From assembly GCA_963693365.1 (NCBI GenBank), contig CAVNZM010000002.1, positions 2,062,259 to 2,126,258 of the forward strand: DNA of 64,000 nt, in the 5' to 3' direction. Shown here piece after piece: positions 40,836 through 64,000 of this stretch (the first letter of the stretch is position 1; the number at the start of each line of letters is the position of its first letter). The translations under genes and the position numbers were made by a program. The notes under the pieces are model-generated. The model saw nothing but the letters and a program-made list of their open reading frames with translations. It had not been told where the DNA came from and searched no databases. This stretch comes from Amoebidium appalachense (lineage: Eukaryota; Protista; Ichthyosporea).

Positions 40836-41600
40836 TTTTGTTTTAAAAGGTAGGGTACCGACAGTTTTGGATGAAAGCTAAACTTAATTACGACAAACCA
40901 CTAAGCTATGTACTACACGCCAACCGTGTGAGCACTGAATGTTAGTCTTTGATAAGGTGGGGATTGTTTCAAGAAAGCCACATATCACGACATGCTCTTT
41001 GCTACCCTACCATGCGCATCACACAAGCTTGGGCTACAGAGAACGTACACTTTGGGTGTATAATAGAAACTAAATAACTAACCCATGGCATGCCGGGGTG
41101 TCGTGGCAATGCCCTAAGGACGTGCTCAAAGTGTCTGAAAGTTGAGCGACTAAAGCTGGCCAGTGTCACCGTGACGCCTGAGACTAGAGAGACTAACATA
41201 ACAAGTCTGCAAATAGCTGCATGTGATGGGTCTTGAAAAAGATAAGTAAGTGTGTGCATGAAATTGTGTGGATGATCTAGAAACGCACGTGTATTGTCGA
41301 CAATTCTACCAAATATGCAGTCTCTCTTTCCAACTCGCTTGCTTTTGCTTTTGCTTTTGCTTTTGTGCTGGACAGGAAGTTTTGCGTGTCAAGTTGTTTT
41401 TATTTCAAGTCACGTTTGTGCCGGCGGCCGCGTGGCTCATCGGAGGTACCCGAGCGGCTCACGGACAGGCTCAGTAAGCAGCACGAAGTGGCGACGTCAT
41501 AGAATCAGGGGTGATATATGAAATGAAACTTTCTTGGAGCCATAAACGTTGCCTCAGGTCTACCTTGATTAGACTAACCTATTAGTGCGGGCGACCCTAG

Positions 41601-41610
41601 GTGACGTCAC
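41601..41610. promoter_or_regulatory. CRE-like palindrome in the divergent intergenic region
   Basis: GTGACGTCAC between the MXD-like gene (-) and the LRR gene (+). Confidence 0.3.
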
Positions 41611-42236
41611 CGCCGACAGTCGCCCCGGCCGGCCGGCCGGCCTTTTTAGCCAACCAGATGGCTTATTGTGTAGCTATAAATGGTAAGTTTGCTCAGAACA
41701 TGATGACGAACCTATATTTAGTAACTAATCCTCTATTTATAGCTGATGATGCAGAGGGCCATCTCTGGGGGGTTGGCGCCCCATTTCAAATCTGCCAGTA
41801 GGAAGGCACCACTGTTGAAACTGTTTTCTCACTTTGCCTGTCACGATAACTCGCTGACTCTTTGACAAATGTGCGTTTGTGTGTCAAGTTTTTCGGAGTC
41901 AGCTTTCATTGTTAGTACCAAACACTGCTGTTTTAAAAAGATATATTATTGCTCTGCATAAATCGTTTTGGTTGATATTGGCCGTCAATCTTGACAGTGA
42001 AGAAGGTGAAGTGAACCGGGCCACGGACACAAAACATGATGCCTTGATGCTTTTTGGCACAAACTCTCAGCACTTGGCGTTCACAATACTCAATATAAGT
42101 TTCATATAGCTGCTAATTTGGTACAGAGCGCTTTATATTGACCTTGTAATTGGAACATGCCGCGGAAAAGATGCCAAGCAACCAAACCTGAGACACTGGT
42201 ACTGTTGGAACCCTCGGAGCGGAAAGCCGGCGAAGA

Positions 42237-57647
<15,411 letters not shown>

Positions 57648-59451
57648 TGGGTTTCTGAGTTAACCTGTCTAGTATGGCATTGATATGTGCCGGTCCTTCT
57701 TCTCAACCGCATGCATGTGGGCAGAGTCACCCGCACAGACACTACACACACATGTTCTTAGTCCCTTCTTCTTTGCAACTCTCCCTTTCGAAGATTTTTG
57801 CTAAGTTTTGTAAGAACATCTCCACTGTTTTGTCTTTTTTTTTGCTTTTTTTCCCCCTACTTGTTTTTACAAGCCTATGGTGATGATTTGTTAAACTTAG
57901 TTGCACGTATGAATGTGCTAATATTAGTTCACGACAGTTTCATATGTTTCCTCGAATGCCCCCCTGCCGACCAGAACAGGTGATACAGGCAGTGTTTAAG
58001 ATTAGCGACTTATTAATGGCTACACGGCTGGGCCGTGAATATATCGTTTATTAAAATGCTTTAAAATGAGCTTGTTTCAGTTTAACAAAGGTGTGAATCT
58101 GTGGGAGATGGAATGGATGGTCTCCTTGACATGGGGGAAGCGGCATGCATATGGCCTCCGCCCCCCTCGCCTCCTCGAGACCGCCTCCTCCTCCGCCACC
58201 CACCCACCCACCCACACACACACTCATGCACACCCAAGACGAACATCTGTGCACCTGTGTGCAGACAACAACACGGCCTTACTGTGCATTATGCTCACAA
58301 GCACGTACACACGTCATGGTGTGTATGCCCCACATGCCTTATTTCACATGTGGCCATGGTTTGAGAAATGATTTCGAAATAAAGAAAGAAGAGGCAAGAA
58401 ACGGGGGGGGGGGGGGGGGGGGGGGGGGAGGGGGGCAGGAGTATACTTTCAAAGTACTTGCATGCGCAGCCACCCGTAAAGAATATCAGTACGTACGTAC
58501 TCCGTATGTACTTCTTGTATTTTGACCCCTATGATCCCTCACAGTTCGAGATTTCGAGATCCTTCGTGCATATTACTAGTTACATTCAAGCCTAACTGCT
58601 AGACCTGCGAAAATGTGGAGCCCTTGTGTTGTATATGATATTGCAATGACACAAGGTGCCAGGTGTGCTTATAATAAACGTGCATCTGACAAAGACATGG
58701 ATATGTTGGTTTCAGAAACGACATGTTGTGTTCAGAGCAAAATCAGAAACATGGGTCTGTGTTGCAGCCTAGCTGTTTTGGTATTAATGCATACCGGATC
58801 ATGATTAAAACCATAAAGCGATGAAACTGGTCTCACCGTAAAACAGAACCTGCTAATCTACACAAGAATCCAAAAGAGTTAACAATGGATAACTAATAAT
58901 TGCAAAATCGAACTTACGATGCACCTGTACATGTAAACAACCCCCCCCCCCCCCCCCCCCCCCCAACACACACACCCCACCACCACCACCACCCACCCTC
59001 TCCCGTGCACCCACTTAACCACTCAGAAAAGAACAGCCCTTCTCTCCACGCCACCCAACAGCAAACTTGAGATCCAGACATTCGTGGCTCCTCCGCTAAT
59101 TCTCTTCCACAGATCTCGAATTCATCGGGTAGATCATTTCTCTCTGCAGATAGTGGAGAGCATTAGTGAATGGGCCCAAGGATAGAAAATCATCAACGGG
59201 TGTGTGTGGGGCAGGGAGAGGAAGGAGAGGGTGTGTGAGGTCAGCGTGTTTGGTATATACGCGACACCAAAAAAATAGTACTAACTAAAAACCGTCCTCT
59301 CTTCTTGCGGGGGGGGGGGGGGGGGGGGGGGGGGGTTAGAATGTGTTTTAGAGAACGAAGTACACATTTCATAATGGTGATGGGATAACACAATGCAGAT
59401 TGCCAAGCACACACAGTGTGAATGATAAGCACAGTCCATCAGCGGCCTTGG

Positions 59452-59484
<33 letters not shown>

Positions 59485-60200
59485 AAGAGAGTTGGCGGAA
59501 ATGGCGTCGGGAAAAGGGAATGAGCAGGTGTGTATGTGTGCATGAGCCAGTCGGGGCAGGGGGGGAAGGGCGTTTGGGGGGGGGGGGGGGGGGGGGGGGG
59601 TTTTGAATGCGTCAAAAAGTACGAAGTACACAAGAACAAACGGATAACACGATGCAGAATGCAAGCCATACATAAAGAGTATGCATAATAAGCAGAGCCC
59701 ATGGGGGGGGGGGGGGGGGGGGTTGGGGGGGGGGGGGTTGCACAAAACGATGCGAAACATGGAAGCAAAGGAATCTAACAACCACAGACAACAAAACAAA
59801 CGTACCCAAACAAATATGCTCCGTAGGAAATACGGAACAGAGGCCATCACCAGGGCATGCGGTGGGGGGAGCGGGGTTAGAATGAGTTACAAAGTAACGT
59901 GGGGGAAGGGGGTGGGGGGAGAGGGGTCAGAGTGAGTTAGAAAGTACGGTGGGGGATTAGGGGGGGGGGGGGGGGGGGGGGGGGTTAGAATGTGTTACAG
60001 AGTACAGGTTCATAACGAACAACACAGTGCTAGTATTGCAATGCACACAAAAAGAGGCAGATTTTGGGGGGGGGGGGGGGGAGGGGGGAGGATGTTGAGG
60101 GCTTGGGGGCTAACGCCCGGGGGAGAGGGGGGGGAAGGGGGAGGGGGAGGATGAAGAGGGGAGAAGGGGGGAACGGAGGACGGGGGCAAACGTTGCATAC

Positions 60201-61873
60201 CGACTCCACATCCAGCTGGGGGCAATCCAAAAGTGGGTCTTTGGGGCAATGTGGCATACCGATCGTAACAGAGCGCAGGGATGGGTGGCCCCTAAGGGCC
60301 TCCAAATCACGAACCGCATCAAGGGAAAATAGTCGCAGGGCGGTTAAACGTGTGCACGACCCCAAAAACGACACGTCGGAAATATGCGGTAGGTGGTGTA
60401 AAAAAATGGTCCTGACGTTTGTTGCGTGTCGAAGAACGGATATGTCTCTCAAAATCAGGTTGTATGCGAGGTCTACTTCACGAAGATGTGGAAACGATCC
60501 GTTTGTTGCCGGGCCCAAGGATTCGAGATCTCCACAGTGACGAAGACTGAGCGCAACCAAGTGCTTGAAATTAGCGATCGGTAGGATGGGGGGTAGTACC
60601 ATGTGCGAAATTTCAATGTCGGTTAGGGTCGTGAGGGTGGCAATCACTGAGGCGTCGAGGGTGTTAACTGACAACAGTAACAGGGTTTTTAACTCGGTGC
60701 ATGCCCCTAAGAAAGAAAGGGTTCTCAGTAGAACATCGCGATCTTCCGGGGTTTCGTCCCTAATGATGCGAAACTCGAGCAGTTTTGCTGGCGCCGAGTC
60801 AGGAACTGGGATCTCGTCAGCGGCATGTACACATACACTCTTCAGAGAGGGGCTACCGGCAATAAACGACAAATTGTTGACAAATATGCCCTGCCCGCAC
60901 TTGAAGTGCACAAGGTGGGGGAGGGGCGGAATGTCGACGATGGTCGGGATATCTAAGTCATCGAATTCTTCCATGTACACACTGATGATGTTGACGTGTG
61001 TGAGCCGCTGGCAGTATGCCAAAGGAGCCGCGCTTAGGTTTCCATTTAGCGCGTTGCCGTGTTCCCTCGAGGGTAATTTAACATCCAACCGAGCCAGACT
61101 GGGGCAATTCTCAAGGAATGTAAAACTTGGATCCTCTCCGTCGTCCTGAAACACGGACTCGTTCCCAATTTCAAGGCATTGTAAGTGTGTCAAGCGAATA
61201 CACGCCTGAGTAAGTTGGTCACTGTTGGGCCACACATCCAGGTGTAATCTCGTTATGTTTTCACATGTTCGATCCGGGAATGTGTCCGCCAAAGGCAAGT
61301 CGTATCCGGTTAGTTCCAAACCGGTTACGTGCCCACCACCCACCAGAACCGCCTCCACGATTCGACCTGACACGACGTCTGTGGGGTTGAAGATATAGTT
61401 GCTCCCAATCTCATGTTCCAGCACTATATTTTGCGCCGTATTTCCTGCCTGGCGAAGAACTGCCATGACCAATCTCTCCAGAAAGTGCTCATCAGGATGG
61501 TGGCCATACGACCAAAATCTTACTGTGTGGACGTGGGGGAGGAAACTAAGAACGAGGGCTAGTAAAGCCAGCTGAAAAGGATTTGCCGTGTCGTTTCCCC
61601 TCGGAAGAAGTGCGTTCAGATTGAATCTTACAGTTTGGATTGCACCCGCCCATGTTCTGAGCACACCGTAACGATCGGACACTTGCTCAACGAGAGGAGA
61701 ACAAACTCCGTCTTCGAATTCGTGGTCTATTGGGTAGGGAAGAGTCACGCAAACGCCTCCACAGGCCAAATCACGTGCAATGTTGGCCAAACGTTTGCAT
61801 ACGAGTGTGATGTTGAGACGGCTTTTGTGGTCCAAACGCCGGATGATGGGTATGAGTATCTCAGGTGGAAGTG
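60201..61873 (-). CDS. F-box plus leucine-rich-repeat protein, large internal exon
   Basis: LPPEILIPIIRRLDHKSRLNITLVCKRL (F-box) follows a TTTCAG acceptor; many LRRs (LREVDLAYN, ISDVSFLGSCTRLTAL); GTATGC donor at ~60200. Flanking exons unresolved. Confidence 0.85.
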
Positions 61874-63091
61874 CTGAAATGGAGAGCCCTGAGAGAGAGG
61901 GAGCAAGTTGGTTGTATAAGGAGAATGGTAGTGGTGTGTGTGTTTGTTAGAAAAAAAGTAGAAGTAAGGAACACTGGGTGGAGGAGGGAGAGGAGGGTAG
62001 AAGGTGGGAAAAAACAGGTAGGAGGGAGGTGGATAGAACAGGGTACAAAGCGAAGAACCACAGATACCAGCACACGGATTTTCGGTTGCCAAACATTCTG
62101 CCTTTTACGAAGTTCGAAAGGAACATGCCTGGCGTGCAACAAATTGCTCTAAACCGAAGCAATAGACCACACAAAAGCAGAACGAAAGGTTCTGTGATAC
62201 AGATATGGTACGCCCATGTACAAGGCACAGTCAAGAAGGTTCCTGGCGCTATACCAGCACCTGCACACATCATAAACTTTGTCACTTTACTGCAACAATT
62301 AATCGTGCTAAGGATTGTGTTTACCTTCCCCAGCCACAGGCGACTGCATGGTGCCAGCCATACGTGTTCCGCATGTGTTTTACGTGAGTTAGGTGGTGCT
62401 TGTCTGGTTCGCTCACACGGAGAATACTGTGAACGTTACCATCAGCAGATCTAAATGTCTTGTCCAATAAACATTCAAAAAAACCCACACGGCATAGCTA
62501 AACGAAGCACGGAAGAATTTAATTCACTAGTATTGGCCAAGGAATGGTGTTCCACAGAAATGGTGTTCCATATCACGTCAACATGCCTTTCAACTTTTTC
62601 AGATAGAGAGCCTCTGAGAGTGAGAGAGAGCCTGTGTGAGAGAGAGAGCGAGAGAGAGACCGTCAAAGCATCAACAGAATGCTTTCATATGATTGGGTAG
62701 ATTGGCTCAATCACAGGCAAATACTCAAATCTAATTGGGTTACTTTGAAACAATCCTGAACGATTTGCTTATGATCACGCATAGTAACCTTCGGGTCTTG
62801 GATAGATCTGTCCTTGAGGCTTCAACCAAAACCGTTTTCAAGTTGTCTTGCTTTGGTGTTGGCAGCGTTTTCGTTTCTTTCAATGGATCCGGAAGGGTTG
62901 TGTGCGGACTAAGCTCGTTAGGAAGTTGTATTGACCAACGTGCTTGATAGTGGTCGACATTTATCATCGGTTGATGCGGAACCTACCATATGTTCATTCA
63001 CCTCATATCATTTCTTCTGAGCGCACAAAAACTGTACAGGTTTGGTAACGCTTCTCTGTAGATACCGTTTTTTTTAGTGAGAACAAACAAG

Positions 63092-63637
63092 ATGGGGGCA
63101 TATTTCTCGTCTCTTTTCTCTCGTCTGTTTGGCGAGAAGGAAGTGCGTGTTCTTATTCTCGGCTTGGACGGTGCCGGCAAAACCACAATCCTCTATCGTT
63201 TGCAAGTGGGCGAGGTTGTGACCACGATCCCTACCATTGGGTTTAATGTCGAGACAGTTACCTACAAGAATCTCAAGTTCCAGGTGTGGGATTTGGGCGG
63301 ACAGACAAGCATCCGACCTTACTGGCGCTGTTACTACGCAAACACAGACGCTATCATTTACGTTGTGGACTCTGCAGACAGAGAGAGAATGTCCATTTCC
63401 AAGCAAGAGCTAGTTGCGATGCTTGAGGAGGAAGAGCTGAAGGATTCAGTTCTTCTTGTATTTGCAAACAAGCAAGACATGGAGGGCGCCATGACACCGT
63501 CAGAGGTTAGCAACGCGCTTGGCCTGTCAGTGCTGAAAAACAGAACGTGGTCCATCTTCAAGACCTCAGCCAAGAAGGGTACAGGCATGGACGAGGCCAT
63601 GGATTGGTTGGTCAACACACTGCAGTCAAGATCGTGA
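63092..63637 (+). CDS. ARL1: ADP-ribosylation factor-like GTPase 1, 181 aa, intronless CDS
   Basis: MG myristoylation start, [51 protein letters not shown]. Confidence 0.97.
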   Translation: MGAYFSSLFSRLFGEKEVRVLILGLDGAGKTTILYRLQVGEVVTTIPTIGFNVETVTYKNLKFQVWDLGGQTSIRPYWRCYYANTDAIIYVVDSADRERMSISKQELVAMLEEEELKDSVLLVFANKQDMEGAMTPSEVSNALGLSVLKNRTWSIFKTSAKKGTGMDEAMDWLVNTLQSRS

Positions 63638-64000
63638 GTTATCTTCCAGTCATACTCCCTAGCTCTTGTTGCTATGCTTTCGCATTAGGCCGATCAACCT
63701 TTTCAAGTTTCGCGTAAGGGCAGGCGAAAGCTTCAATAGTGGTCATAGCATCAGTCTGACGAACTCAAGCAACACCACTCTTGTTCACGTTGAATGGGGG
63801 GCTTTGTTTCACTAGAAGTAACGTTTTACACAATTACACGAGGCGGGTGTACATAGGTCTTTGACAATAAGCACATCGGTGTGTGCTCCTTATAGTGTGT
63901 TTGTTGATGCAGGGTGTACTAGAACGAGCTCGTGTTAGCTGTAGGTGGTTTGGGTTCTGTCTTGGGGATATATGGAAGTTTTTGGTGCACTGTACAAGAA

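Noticed and set aside
63077-63091. ARL1 start at 63077 as given in the ORF track
   Set aside because: That start is GTG; the ATG at 63092 gives the conserved Met-Gly N-terminus.

Overview
Eukaryotic genomic DNA, intron-rich and saturated with (CA)n/(GT)n, (GA)n and poly-G/poly-C tracts; most short ORFs in the track are translations of those repeats. A spliced HIS3 gene next to a Mad/Mnt-type bHLH-ZIP gene points to a non-animal holozoan (ichthyosporean-like; inference). The left ~28 kb is mostly mobile DNA: PIF/Harbinger ends, a Copia LTR cluster with two 5' halves fused tail-to-tail, a 5'-truncated non-LTR element, and a ~9 kb intronless virus-like island (Polinton-type integrase, phage-type N6-adenine methyltransferase, orphan ORFs). 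It also holds a 659-bp TRIM whose two apparently identical LTRs each carry a tRNA-like Pol III gene, analogous to the 5S-carrying Cassandra elements. The right ~36 kb holds host genes: HIS3, MXD/MNT-like, a large LRR protein with a PARP-like C-terminus, an F-box/LRR gene and ARL1. Best novelty candidates are the tRNA-in-LTR TRIM and the integrase plus Dam island. All calls were made by eye; no database searches were run.
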